Under the pieces are notes generated by a model. That model had not been told where the DNA came from. It did no database searches and saw nothing but the letters and a program-made list of their open reading frames with translations. The position numbers and the translations under genes are program-made. A stretch of 64,000 bases of DNA, from positions 1,248,001 through 1,312,000 of the forward strand of contig CAXXMB010000002.1 in assembly GCA_963668675.2 (NCBI GenBank), written 5' to 3'. Of the stretch, positions 30,834-41,582 are shown in pieces. Source of the stretch: an uncultured Desulfatitalea sp. GTDB lineage: Bacteria > Desulfobacterota > Desulfobacteria > Desulfobacterales > Desulfosarcinaceae. Every line of letters begins with the position of its first letter. Positions within the stretch are counted from its first letter, which is position 1.

Positions 30834-32228
30834 CTATTTGCACAGCGTGGGATCGGCCTTGGGTACGACCTTATCTGCCGGCAACAGGGTCGATGGCCCG
30901 GTATTGGAGCACCCTTCGAACCAATGGTAAGGTGGAATGTTATACGACTGACGTTGCTCTTCCGGCGGTACGAACTCATTGACGGTCAAAGGCGTAATCT
31001 GTTTGTGGTCACAGGCACGCATCTCCAGGATCTGGCCACTGGGAAGCTGATAGGTATCTCCCTCCCACACCTTGATGATCTTCTTCGGATCGGTACTGGC
31101 CGCCCGCTCGACCACGCTCAGCAGCCAGTAGGTCGAACCGATATAGGCGCCGATATTGCCGAATGGATGCTGGTAGAGCACCGTGTCGTAAGGGGCCTTC
31201 CATTTGTTTTTCCAAAGGTCTAGCCACGCTTTGTAAACTCTGATCTGATCCTCGTTTTGGAAGGCCGGATTGCCATTGCCGTATTGAGAAAGATTGACAA
31301 TGCCCTTGGTCCCTTCGATGCCCACATCGTGCAGGAAGCGTGGCTCATCCATGAAAATATCTGCAAACGGCATCATGATGCCCATCTGGCGGGCCTGCTT
31401 GAGCAGGTTGGCCGCGTCCGGGATCCAGTCGCCGGTGTAGACGACTTCTGCGCCTGATGCTTTGACTTTTGTAAGGTAAGGGGCAAAATCGGTGAGAAAC
31501 AGCTTGTGGTAATCCTCGCCCACGATCTCGGCATCCGGATAATACTCCTTCAATCCCTTTTTAAATCCTTCGGCCATGGAGTGTCCGAACAGATAGTCCT
31601 GACAGAGAATGTAGAACTTCTTTTCCTTTTTGCGGACCTGGCCGTAGTAGTAGGCAAGCCCCCGGCCGATCTGCTCAGTGGAGAAGGTGCACATAAAGGA
31701 GTATTTGGAAAAGTTCTGCCCCTCCTGCAACTCATCGGAGAGCGAGGCCGCGTTCACGGAAATTCTCTTGTATCGCTTCGCCACCTGATTGATCACCTTC
31801 TGCAAATGGCTTCCATTGGTTCCCCACAAGAAGTCGACCTTCTCCTTCAAAATCATCCGTTCGCACACTTTTTTGGTTACATCAGGCTTGGACTGGGTGT
31901 CGGCCTTGATCACCTCGACCATCTTCTTTTTACCGTCCACCATCAACCCACCTTGCTTGTTGACCATATGTGCGGCCCACAATACGCTGATGTAGTAAAT
32001 CTCACCGACAGCAGCGGCCGGTCCGGAGTGTGAGGCGACGACGGCAATCTTGATGGTATCCCCTTTTAACGCCACCGGATTGTTGGGATCGAAGTCAGAC
32101 ATGTCGGGAAATTTTTCAAAATCAAACGCAGCCTTGGGGGTCATCCCCGCCATGACTGCAGGCTGAAACAGCAAGCCCAAACAGCAAAATACAGCCAGTG
32201 CCGTAAACGCATATTTGATTTTTTTCAT
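30834..32228 (-). CDS. ABC substrate-binding protein, LivJ/K-like (substrate uncertain)
   Basis: Signal peptide; QDYLFG and TDFAPYLTKVKASGAEVV motifs; heads the liv cluster. Confidence 0.85.
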   Translation of the reverse strand: MKKIKYAFTALAVFCCLGLLFQPAVMAGMTPKAAFDFEKFPDMSDFDPNNPVALKGDTIKIAVVASHSGPAAAVGEIYYISVLWAAHMVNKQGGLMVDGKKKMVEVIKADTQSKPDVTKKVCERMILKEKVDFLWGTNGSHLQKVINQVAKRYKRISVNAASLSDELQEGQNFSKYSFMCTFSTEQIGRGLAYYYGQVRKKEKKFYILCQDYLFGHSMAEGFKKGLKEYYPDAEIVGEDYHKLFLTDFAPYLTKVKASGAEVVYTGDWIPDAANLLKQARQMGIMMPFADIFMDEPRFLHDVGIEGTKGIVNLSQYGNGNPAFQNEDQIRVYKAWLDLWKNKWKAPYDTVLYQHPFGNIGAYIGSTYWLLSVVERAASTDPKKIIKVWEGDTYQLPSGQILEMRACDHKQITPLTVNEFVPPEEQRQSYNIPPYHWFEGCSNTGPSTLLPADKVVPKADPTLCK

Positions 32229-32574
32229 ACCATCCTCCTTAAAGGCACCTAAAGGGTTGATGTTGCATGTCGATCATTGGCGCTATGTAAAATGAGCACT
32301 CAGAAAAAAAGACTGAGCATTGATATTCGAAGAATTGTCAAAAGGAGGGGCGTGCGTTGGACTGGATGGAACCTTTGGATCGTGTTCAAACCGATCACAC
32401 TTCCTTGTATTGCCTCTTAGCGCTTTCACTTTTCTGTTCACCATTTTAACGGCATTCAACTCAGCAGCATCGGAAATTAGCATCGGCACAGAGAGAAACT
32501 CTTTCCAACCATGTGTTAAAATTGAACAATGAAAATTTTTAGCTCAGGGACGATCAAATTAAAAAACTGTAAGA

Positions 32575-32604
32575 ATTATAACGGCGCGCACCCACTTGTG
32601 TCAA
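32575..32604 (-). promoter_or_regulatory. Sigma70 promoter for the liv-type operon
   Basis: TTGACA-N18-TATAAT on the minus strand. Confidence 0.65.
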
Positions 32605-32785
32605 CCACAAATAATGAATTCAATTCAGATGATAAATAAGGAACAGAATTCCCATAAGAAACCATTAATGACCCTTGTGATTATACAGTTAGTTTATTTT
32701 CCGATTGAATACGAAGAGGCATCATTTCCTTGCAACTTCACTGCGGTCCTTTTCCAAAACGGAACATACCGAAACCAAATGGCAC

Positions 32786-32821
32786 AAAAAAATCCGGGCC
32801 TTGCGCCAGCCAGGCCCGGAT
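32786..32821 (-). terminator. Intrinsic terminator
   Basis: ATCCGGGCCT...AGGCCCGGAT followed by a T run on the minus strand. Confidence 0.8.
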
Positions 32822-32848
32822 CTATCTGTGCTATTAAAAAGCAGGGTG

Positions 32849-34528
32849 CTATTGGGTGCTCTTTTTCAAACGCATCAAACCGCGGTTGCTGGTATTGAAA
32901 TAGATATTGCCGGCCCTGTCTACATCCATCGAGAGCGGAAACTCCGCCACGGGATAGCTGCCGACGGTTGCATACTCTACCGGCAGGTGGGCGGCGACAA
33001 TTGAGATGGCCCGTGTTTTCGGATTAATCCGAAGCAGCTTTTGAGCAGCCCCGTCCAGAATCAGCAGATTGCCCTGACCGTCGTCGGCAATCGCCCCCGG
33101 CTTTCCTACTCCGGAGGCGAGGAAAACCGACTTTTTACCTGTTTTGGGATTGACGGCGCTGATGCGACCGACCTTGCTTTCGGCCACATAGAGCGTACCG
33201 TCCACCATGGCCATTGCGAGAGGACCTTCCAGATCTTTGGTGAGAACGGCTTTGGAGCCGTCTTTGAGACTGACCGTCGAGATCTGACCCGCCCCGTATT
33301 CAGCGACAAAAATTTGCGGCGCGGCAGAATCCATTAAAACCGACGCGGGCCGATTCAAGCCACCGGCCACGGGTTTGAACTCACCTTTGATCGGATCGCC
33401 GATGGCGATGGCCCCATGGATGGAATCGGTCCAGAACACCTGGTCACCCGGACCGTCGGCCAGACTCAGGGTCAACGGCATGCCGTGGGAAGCCCAAACG
33501 TTGAGTTTGGTGGCGTTGTACTTTCCGTCCGCGACTGTTCGCAGCATGATGGCATCGGCCACCACCGGGCCACTCTTCTTGACCACGACCCCGAGCGTCT
33601 GGTTGATGCCGTCGGGGAAGAGCTGCTTGAACTGGCCACTGCCATCGGTGGATACTTCATAGATGGTGGCGTTCCAGTAGCTGGTTACAAAGAGGCGCCC
33701 CTGGGGGGTGATCGCTACGTTGTCCAGGCCGGGCGGCAATTGGGCCAGCTTCTCGCGGCGCTTGCCATCCAGACTCACCCTGTAAACGATGCCGGTAATC
33801 AATTCCGGCATGTAGATCATCTTGTCGGCACCGATGGTGAGCGCGATGGGGGTAACGAATTTTTCGGCGATGGTGCTGATGGCGCCGGTGTCGGGATGCA
33901 CACGCAAAATCTTACCGGTCGCCATGTCCGGGATGATAAGGTCGTTGGTGTCGGGATCGAAACCGAACCCCTCGGGTACGGGAATCACATCCTTGTCGAT
34001 CAGAAGGCGCCACGGCTTCTGGCCGGTGGGATCGACCTCGAACACCCGGTTGCCCTGGAAGCACTCGGTGACAAACACGCGGCCGTTGTTAGGGTTGTAT
34101 TCGATGCCGTTGGGTGCATCCATGCCGTCGGCAATGACGGTTCTGACCCCATTGCGATCGACGCGGTACACCTCCCCAACCAGAGGCGTGGTACCGGTGA
34201 CATAGAGGTTGCCCTTGTCATCAGCTGCAATGTCATCGGGAATGAAAACAGCCCCCGAAGGAGGAACAAAGAGTGAGGCCTGCATGGTCTTCAGGTCGAC
34301 CTTGGTAATGGTGCCGTTGCCGGTGTGGGTCACATAGAGATTGCCATCCGATCCAATGGCCGCGCCATTGACCCCCGGCAGTGCCGTATCAGCCACCACC
34401 CGCTCCAATTGATACCCTTTGTCCAGCAGGGCGATTCCGAGGCTTCCGGTATGCTTGGACGTCGCACAGGCGGTGAGCACCAATGCCGTGAGCATAAACA
34501 CAATTGTCGTACACTTCATCATTTTCAT
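32849..34528 (-). CDS. Double beta-propeller lipoprotein (SMP-30/gluconolactonase/NHL-like)
   Basis: Lipobox LTAC; blades PDDIAAD, PNGIEY, PEGFGF, LDNVAI. Confidence 0.75.
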   Translation of the reverse strand: MKMMKCTTIVFMLTALVLTACATSKHTGSLGIALLDKGYQLERVVADTALPGVNGAAIGSDGNLYVTHTGNGTITKVDLKTMQASLFVPPSGAVFIPDDIAADDKGNLYVTGTTPLVGEVYRVDRNGVRTVIADGMDAPNGIEYNPNNGRVFVTECFQGNRVFEVDPTGQKPWRLLIDKDVIPVPEGFGFDPDTNDLIIPDMATGKILRVHPDTGAISTIAEKFVTPIALTIGADKMIYMPELITGIVYRVSLDGKRREKLAQLPPGLDNVAITPQGRLFVTSYWNATIYEVSTDGSGQFKQLFPDGINQTLGVVVKKSGPVVADAIMLRTVADGKYNATKLNVWASHGMPLTLSLADGPGDQVFWTDSIHGAIAIGDPIKGEFKPVAGGLNRPASVLMDSAAPQIFVAEYGAGQISTVSLKDGSKAVLTKDLEGPLAMAMVDGTLYVAESKVGRISAVNPKTGKKSVFLASGVGKPGAIADDGQGNLLILDGAAQKLLRINPKTRAISIVAAHLPVEYATVGSYPVAEFPLSMDVDRAGNIYFNTSNRGLMRLKKSTQ

Positions 34529-34732
34529 ACGATCCTCTCCTTTCGTTCCAATGTTGTGTGAGGGTAACTCTCAAAAAGGCATCTGAATATGCATTATTGA
34601 GATAGAATACATAAGGGGCGATATGCCCTTTCATGTCCCTGAATCACGATGAAAAAGGAGCAAACGATCACTTTTAGAAACGATGCAACGGCACCCGACC
34701 TATGCCTGCTGGGACCATTGCTGAATAGCGAC

Positions 34733-35971
34733 TCAAGGTTTAAGCTTTTCGCGTCTTGTCAATCGGCCCGCCAGCAGATACCAGCATAGCGATAGCATTT
34801 GCAGCACCCATACACATCCGATGGCGACCCGGTATGCGTCCGGTGCGTATTCGCCTTCCGAACTGACGGGCCACAGATTGATGATCGACCCCATGCCCCA
34901 CTGGGCGGAAAAAGCGGTCACGAAAACCAACAGGTTGAGAGCCGTATTCACCCGCCCGGCCAAGTGGGCCGGGAAGCTTTGGGACAAAACGGCGTAAGGC
35001 AAAATAGCGGCTGCGCCGAAGAAACCGAAGAGAAACCATTGAACAGGGACGGCCGTGTGCCACTCCATCATGAGGATCGCCTCAATCAGCATGAAGGCGC
35101 CCATCCCCGCCGCGGCCACTGTCATGGGAGGCACGGCATGTCGACTCAGCCGCTCGGCTAACGTGCCAAGCGATATGTGGCCCGTTACCATGGCGGCAGC
35201 CATCAGCAAAAGGGTGCCGGCCACCCCTTTTCGATCCAATCCGGCCACATCGCGCAGCCAGGGGCCGGCCCACAACCCTTGCAATGATTGAAAGCCGGCC
35301 GTGGCAAGGGTGGTCCAGGGTGCGATCCGCCAGAAGGTCAAGCTGGTGGCCACCTCTTGAATCCCTTTTAACTGTTCACTCAAGCGTGTATCGGACCGTT
35401 CATCGCGCCCCTTGGGAACCAGAAAAAAGATGGCGGCGGCGACAATCAGGCTCACCACACTCAAAACCTGAAAAACACCGCGCCAATCGGTGACAGAGAG
35501 CATCGCCTCCACTGGTGCGGTGGCTGCCAGGGCTCCCAAGCCGCCGGCGGCCATCTGGTAACCGTTAATTCTGGGCAACTGCTCGACCGGAAACCAGATC
35601 ACAAATGCCTTGAAGGCCGCCATCAAACAGGCGGACACGCCCAAACCGATCAACCCTCGTCCGACCACCAACCCCCAAAGCGACTGGGCGTTTGCAAACA
35701 CAAAGGCCCCAGCAGCGGCGAAAAGCAACAGAAATGCTTCGATACGACGGGGACCATATCGATCCAGCAGTATACCCAAGGGCAGCTGAAAAGCGGCAAA
35801 GGTGATAAAATAGACGGCTGTCAGCAATCCCAGCGCCGAGGGGTCTATCCCCAATTCGGCGGCAAGGTCGGGTCCAAGCACAGAGTTGATTGTTCGGTAG
35901 AGATAGGAGAGGAAATAGCCGACAGCAAAGGGGAGGAAAATTCTCATACGGGTGGCAAAAGGGATCGGCAT
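34733..35971 (-). CDS. MFS transporter
   Basis: GILLDRYGPRR motif A; about 12 TM segments; start approximate. Confidence 0.9.
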   Translation of the reverse strand: MPIPFATRMRIFLPFAVGYFLSYLYRTINSVLGPDLAAELGIDPSALGLLTAVYFITFAAFQLPLGILLDRYGPRRIEAFLLLFAAAGAFVFANAQSLWGLVVGRGLIGLGVSACLMAAFKAFVIWFPVEQLPRINGYQMAAGGLGALAATAPVEAMLSVTDWRGVFQVLSVVSLIVAAAIFFLVPKGRDERSDTRLSEQLKGIQEVATSLTFWRIAPWTTLATAGFQSLQGLWAGPWLRDVAGLDRKGVAGTLLLMAAAMVTGHISLGTLAERLSRHAVPPMTVAAAGMGAFMLIEAILMMEWHTAVPVQWFLFGFFGAAAILPYAVLSQSFPAHLAGRVNTALNLLVFVTAFSAQWGMGSIINLWPVSSEGEYAPDAYRVAIGCVWVLQMLSLCWYLLAGRLTRREKLKP

Positions 35972-36141
35972 GCGAACCAACCATTTCCTTGTCGGCAAAA
36001 GATGTGTGGCAGAGGACGCTTGGGGTTCAGTATTTAAAGATGGGGCAATCTCTGAGTGAACCCTTAATGAGACGAACAATGTTCGGCACTATCGACATAC
36101 ACATCTATAGGTCAGCTTACATGGTGGTGTCAATCCTTCAG

Positions 36142-38385
36142 CTACCGCTCCTCCATTTCGAATGTTTCGTTGAAGATGGTCAACAACTGCAGGGTCTGCT
36201 CACTGATTTTCAAGCAAGCGTTGTTGATACCGTAGAATAGGATGCTCAGGCGGGTCTTGGATTGCCCCGAGTGAATACGCTCGATCTGACTGTTGTCGCA
36301 ATCTTCAAGAAACTGCTTGAGGTCCACGTAGTGGGCAGCCACCTCCCGGTATTCAAACGGCGCCCTGGCCAGCAGAATAGATGCGGTTTCGGCCAGCAAC
36401 GCTTCGACGTATTTGCGTACCTGCTGAAGCTCCTTTCGCTGCTCGGGAAGAAGCCCGGCGTGCTGGTTGGAGGTGTGCACATGGCAACGCAGGATCACAT
36501 CGCGAAGGCTTTCGGAAATCTCCTGTAGCGCAGAGACCACATAGGCGTACTTTCCGGCCTTTTTGATATCTTTCCTTTGGATAAGCCTTAATGTCTTAAA
36601 GATATTGGCAACAATCGTATTGGACCACTTCTGTATTTTACTCGTCTGCCGACGCAGTTTTTTAAGCTGTTTGCGGTCTTGGGTGAGAACGCCTTCGAAA
36701 CAGGCTCCCAAATCAGCCCGAACCACATCCAAAAACCGACCACTGTGCTCGAAACTGGTTCGCACGGCATAGTCGGCATCCTTGACCCTTTTCAGATCGA
36801 GCAGTTCCAGCTCCTGGGCTGCCTTTTCACGCAAGCCGTGAATCTTGATATTGCGGAAAATCAGATAGGCAACCAGAATCAACAACCCGAAGATGGCGAT
36901 ACCGTCGAGGTAGCCGATGGCGAAGGCGAAGACCAGCGAGACACTGAAAGCCATCAAGGCAGTAAAAAACCAACCGCCGATGACGGTCAAGACGCCGGTT
37001 ACACGATATACCGCACTTTCCAGCCCCCAGGCCTGATCGGCCAAAGAGGTCCCCATGGACACCATGAAGGTCACATAGGTGGTCGACAAGGGCAGTTTCA
37101 TACTCGTGGCCCAGGCGACCAGCGCACTCGCCACCATCAAATTGACGCTGGCGCGCAGCAGGTCGAACTCCGGAACGGTGCCGTCATACCCCGGTTCGGG
37201 TTGGTAGCCGGCCGCATTGAAGCGTTTAGTTAACCAGCGTCGCATCGAATTGGGACATACCCGCTGAACGACATCAAACAGATGGATCACCATACGGACG
37301 ATAATGCGCGAGAGATGTGAGGAGTCGAACCGTTCGAGTCCCTCCTCCTGCCTGCCCAGACTGAGCTCCGTTTTGCTGACGGTTCGGGTTTTGCGCGACA
37401 ACCAGAGGGTCGCGACCATGATAGCGCCTGCGATCAAGAGAAAGAAGGTGTTGGTCTGAACGGGTTCCTCCATCGCCTCCATGAGCATGGTCAAGGGGGC
37501 GCTGCTCGCTTTTGCCACCATAAAGGCATGAAAGCTGGCCAGTGGCACGCCGATAAAATTGACCAGGTCGTTGGCTGCGAATGCCATGGCCAGGGCAAAT
37601 GTGCCGGCAAGTACGACCAGTTTGAGGATGTTGATCCGGGCAACCAACATAAGCAGTTGGAACAGCACCGTGAAGAGGGCAAAGCCGCCGCCTAAAATGG
37701 TCCAGGTGTGCCCCTTGATCCAGACCAGCATGGCCGGGGTGATAAACGAGGCCCCCTTCGCACCTTTGATCAGGATGAAGTAGGTGATCATCGATAGCGC
37801 CATCCCTCCCCAAAGGGCGCCGTACCGTTTCAACCCCTTTTGATAATTAAAGGTGAAGAGAAGACGGGTAATGAATTGAGTCAAGGCACCACATATGAAG
37901 GCAACACCTACCGATAGCAAAATCCCGGAGATGATGGCCAGCGCTTTTCCGGTGTTGATGTATTGCGCAAGATCCAACAGGCTCTGACCACTGTCGAATA
38001 TCTTAATTAAAGAGACGGCGATGGCGGCCCCGATCAGCTCAAAAACGATGGAAACCGTTGTCGAAGTCGGCAGTCCGAATGTGTTGAACAGGTCGAGCAA
38101 CACCACATCTGTCAACATGACGGCCAGGAAGATCACAATCAGCTCGGGCATCATAAAATGGCGGGGGAAAAAGATACCCTTGCGCGCCACCTCCATCATG
38201 CCGCTGGAGAAGGTTACGCCCGCCAGAATCCCCACACTGGCCACCACCATGATCACATATCGGGGCGCCACCCGCGACCCGACCGACGAGTTGAGAAAAT
38301 TCACGGCATCGTTGCTGACGCCGACCATAAGGTCCACCACCGCGATGACAAAGAGCACCGCCACTGCAAAAGCATAGAGTCCCAT
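36142..38385 (-). CDS. PiT-family inorganic phosphate transporter with C-terminal helical (PhoU-like) domain
   Basis: GVSNDAVN and AANDLVN signatures; GLPTSTT and LPLSTT; soluble helical C-terminus. Confidence 0.85.
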   Translation of the reverse strand: MGLYAFAVAVLFVIAVVDLMVGVSNDAVNFLNSSVGSRVAPRYVIMVVASVGILAGVTFSSGMMEVARKGIFFPRHFMMPELIVIFLAVMLTDVVLLDLFNTFGLPTSTTVSIVFELIGAAIAVSLIKIFDSGQSLLDLAQYINTGKALAIISGILLSVGVAFICGALTQFITRLLFTFNYQKGLKRYGALWGGMALSMITYFILIKGAKGASFITPAMLVWIKGHTWTILGGGFALFTVLFQLLMLVARINILKLVVLAGTFALAMAFAANDLVNFIGVPLASFHAFMVAKASSAPLTMLMEAMEEPVQTNTFFLLIAGAIMVATLWLSRKTRTVSKTELSLGRQEEGLERFDSSHLSRIIVRMVIHLFDVVQRVCPNSMRRWLTKRFNAAGYQPEPGYDGTVPEFDLLRASVNLMVASALVAWATSMKLPLSTTYVTFMVSMGTSLADQAWGLESAVYRVTGVLTVIGGWFFTALMAFSVSLVFAFAIGYLDGIAIFGLLILVAYLIFRNIKIHGLREKAAQELELLDLKRVKDADYAVRTSFEHSGRFLDVVRADLGACFEGVLTQDRKQLKKLRRQTSKIQKWSNTIVANIFKTLRLIQRKDIKKAGKYAYVVSALQEISESLRDVILRCHVHTSNQHAGLLPEQRKELQQVRKYVEALLAETASILLARAPFEYREVAAHYVDLKQFLEDCDNSQIERIHSGQSKTRLSILFYGINNACLKISEQTLQLLTIFNETFEMEER

Positions 38386-38486
38386 GCCGTTCCTTCTATT
38401 CCTGCCAGAGGTTTGATGGGGCGGAAAACGAAAACGATGAGTTGTATGCAAAAGCCATCGGCCCGGGCAGGCCTCACCCCCCCCAT

Positions 38487-38504
38487 TGTTAGCGACTTGT
38501 TAGC
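38487..38504 (-). promoter_or_regulatory. Pho-box-like direct repeat
   Basis: GCTAACA-AGTC-GCTAACA (11-bp period) about 100 bp upstream of the PiT start. Confidence 0.4.
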
Positions 38505-38677
38505 ATATTGCTGGCGTATCGTTCAAACGGTTTCGAGCAGTGCTGGTCCTGACGATTCCCTTTAGTTGCCAACAGAGCTCAGAACATGATTCATTTTCAG
38601 GAAACAACGTATCGGCCTCATGGCAAGTTCAGACGAAGCGACGTATCGTATTGGGGAATGGGTGGACGACAACCTTC

Positions 38678-40768
38678 TCAACGGATCTTCCAGATCTGGT
38701 AAAAGGGGTAATTCTCGGCATGCAGCCTAAACCGGGTGGAATCGGGTTGTTTGAATACATAAAGTTGGCTGAAAACGGTGCCGGCAAAGGCATCGTCCAT
38801 CACCGCTGCCACACGCGCCTGTGGGTCGTAGCTGAACAGCATACCCCTCTGGTGGCTGTATTCGACGGTTTTCCAGGCCTGCCCCTCTTTCAGGCAGGCC
38901 CTTTTCAGAGGATAGTATTTGGTCTTGAGTCTGACCAAGCCTTTTTCCAGATCGGCGCTGAGCCCTTGGGCGGCAACCACACGCCCCTGCCGTTGGCTGT
39001 TGGGAAACAGTTTAAAAATGGCGTGGGTGCCGGTTTGCTGCTGAGCGTCCCAGGTGCCGAACCAGTGCCACCAATAGGTGGTTCGGGCAAGGCGCAGATC
39101 TAGAAAGAGATAGCACTCCCGGTCTGCATCGGGGAAAAAGAAGCTGCGCCAGCGATCCACCGGTGCGAGTCCGGCGGCGGCGATCAGGCGTGACGCCTGA
39201 TCCGGGCCCGCCATGAGCACCTCTTCGAGCAGCGACATCCCTTTGGCAACACTTTGGGTCGCATCAAACAGCTTTTCCATACCGGTTGTGCCATGCACCA
39301 CGTAAAACCGTATAAAATTAACGGATAGCCGGGAACTGTGCGTCGCCAGAGGGATCGCATTGCTCACCGTTCGCAATCCCCCATGCAGGCTCCCATCGTT
39401 GACCGTCGCCCGTTGCGCCCAATAGAGCAGCGGATAGCCATGGTCCCACCAGGCCCATACCAGGGCCTCTTTTGAGCTGTTTTGCGACAACAGATCCATC
39501 CCTTCGACCATGGGCGGGATCTCTTTGGGCCAGAAGGTGAGACGCAGGCTCTGTTTAAATGGGACAAAGAGTGTCACGGCAACCAGCAGGGGCACGGCAT
39601 ACCGATAGGGCCACCACTTTTGGCGCAACCCCCAAAGCCATTGGGCTATAAACCCCAAGCCGATGGCCAAAAAGGGGTTGAGAAAGATTAAAAACCGCCG
39701 CGCAAAGAGAAAGGATAAGCAGCCGATGCCGAACGGCACGATCAACGCTGCAGCCCTGCTTTTTAACCGCCAGAAGAGCATGGCCAGGCCGGCCAGGCCG
39801 AGGGAGAAGCTGAAGAGGTGTCCCGTGGTCTGCGCTGCGAGATCGGTGAGTTGGATTTTTTCCTGTTCCTTGATCGATACACCCACATTGGGGAAATCAT
39901 CCGGCTGCTGTTTTGAAATATAGGAGAGTTGCCCCAATCCCTTATGGTAGAGGATCTTGACACCATCTGTGCCCTGCCAGATGAAAACACCCCCCAAAAA
40001 GACCAGACCGATACCGACCGCGATCCAGCGCTCCGAGCCTTTTGGGCGATAGTGGAGGAGTGATACCACAACCAGGGGGGATAACGATATCAGGGTCACC
40101 ACAGCCGGTGCCTGATCCCACCAGAGCAAAAAGAGGCCATAGGTCGCAAAAGCGGCCGCCAGATAGCCATATCGCCGTCGCTGCCCCTCCAGACCGAAAC
40201 GGATGAAAAAGTAGCAGACCAAAAGGAGAAGCGTTACATTGAGGCAATCCGTATCGAACCACCCGAGGTGGCTGCGGTAGACGTAGTAACTTGGAAACAG
40301 GCCCATGGCGACCGCCACCAGGGACATGAACCGTCCACCGTAGAGCCTCCCGAAGAGCGCCAGCGGCACTGACAGGAGAAGCCCCAGCAGGGGCGGCATC
40401 AAAACAGCGATCCACGCCATGGATACGGGAGCAAGCATCGCCAATCCTGCGACCATCAAAGATATCATCGGCGGCACCACTGGGCGCTGGGGAGATTCGG
40501 GCACGCCGCGCAGTGTATCGATGCGGGTATATGTCCCCTCGCACAAATCCCTGGCCAACGAAAGGTAGTAGTATCCGTCAAAATTGATCAGCAGGGGTTG
40601 CTCGTTGTAAAAAGCGCGGTGCGGCTGTGCATGCCAGGCGATCAGATCATCGCCCCTCAACCAGAGGGCTATCAGGATGACCAGTGCCATGGCCGACCAA
40701 TAGAGGAGAGACTTGCCTTTGGAGTCCCTTCTCTTGTCAGGACAGGAAGTGCCGCTTTGCTTTTGCAT
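38678..40768 (-). CDS. STT3/PglB-type oligosaccharyltransferase
   Basis: DGYYY, DTD, SIKE, WWDHG and NDGSLH motifs; multiple TM segments; start uncertain. Confidence 0.88.
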   Translation of the reverse strand: MQKQSGTSCPDKRRDSKGKSLLYWSAMALVILIALWLRGDDLIAWHAQPHRAFYNEQPLLINFDGYYYLSLARDLCEGTYTRIDTLRGVPESPQRPVVPPMISLMVAGLAMLAPVSMAWIAVLMPPLLGLLLSVPLALFGRLYGGRFMSLVAVAMGLFPSYYVYRSHLGWFDTDCLNVTLLLLVCYFFIRFGLEGQRRRYGYLAAAFATYGLFLLWWDQAPAVVTLISLSPLVVVSLLHYRPKGSERWIAVGIGLVFLGGVFIWQGTDGVKILYHKGLGQLSYISKQQPDDFPNVGVSIKEQEKIQLTDLAAQTTGHLFSFSLGLAGLAMLFWRLKSRAAALIVPFGIGCLSFLFARRFLIFLNPFLAIGLGFIAQWLWGLRQKWWPYRYAVPLLVAVTLFVPFKQSLRLTFWPKEIPPMVEGMDLLSQNSSKEALVWAWWDHGYPLLYWAQRATVNDGSLHGGLRTVSNAIPLATHSSRLSVNFIRFYVVHGTTGMEKLFDATQSVAKGMSLLEEVLMAGPDQASRLIAAAGLAPVDRWRSFFFPDADRECYLFLDLRLARTTYWWHWFGTWDAQQQTGTHAIFKLFPNSQRQGRVVAAQGLSADLEKGLVRLKTKYYPLKRACLKEGQAWKTVEYSHQRGMLFSYDPQARVAAVMDDAFAGTVFSQLYVFKQPDSTRFRLHAENYPFYQIWKIR

Positions 40769-41066
40769 TAACTGTCCCGCATTCGATAAGAGTGGTCGCA
40801 TGCACTCATCCAGACGCTTATCGCTGTTGGTGATACCATATATGCGTATGTTAAAAGATGATCTATCGAGATGCCACTCATAAAACGCCACGCCGTTTGA
40901 GCGCAATTTTTTTAATGGCGGGGTGGCAAACCATATCTGACCATTTTTGCGGTTGTACTGAAAAGGTTGCCAATGACCTGCAAGCGGTTTACATTTTGTT
41001 TTGAAAATTTACTATGCTTGGAAACCAGCCGAATGGGAGCGAACCCAACCCGATAGAAAGGGGATA

Positions 41067-41582
41067 ATGATGCAACCGCACATCAAGCGCAAGGGCAAAA
41101 CCTTTAAGTCGAGATCCTGGCTCGTGTTGTGGCTGCCGATTGTATTGCTGATGGCATCCGCGAGCCTTGCGGAGACATGCAGTGAACACAGCAAGGGCCA
41201 GACCGTCTATGTGCCGGTCTATTCACACATCTATTCTGGCGATCGGGAACAGCATATCTATTTGTCCGTCACATTGAGTGTACGGAATACCGACCCCAAA
41301 CATGCCATTACAATCTCCAGAGTAGACTATTACGATTCTAATGGCCAATTGACAAAAGACTACCTGAAGACACCCATAACGCTAAACCCCCTGGCCACAA
41401 CCCGTTATGTCATTAAAGAGTCCGATAAAGTCGGCGGCTCGGGTGCAAATTTCATTGTGGTTTGGAAGGCGGACCGCGCGGTCGTGCCCCCACTGATCGA
41501 AACGGTCATGATCAGCACCCGCTACACATTGGGCATCTCGTTTACCTCCCGAGGCCGGGTCATCGGACCGGCCACCCCGTAG
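41067..41582 (+). CDS. DUF3124 family secreted protein
   Basis: GQTVYVPVYSHIY, LSVRNTD, GGSGANFIVVW, GISFTSRG. Confidence 0.85.
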   Translation: MMQPHIKRKGKTFKSRSWLVLWLPIVLLMASASLAETCSEHSKGQTVYVPVYSHIYSGDREQHIYLSVTLSVRNTDPKHAITISRVDYYDSNGQLTKDYLKTPITLNPLATTRYVIKESDKVGGSGANFIVVWKADRAVVPPLIETVMISTRYTLGISFTSRGRVIGPATP

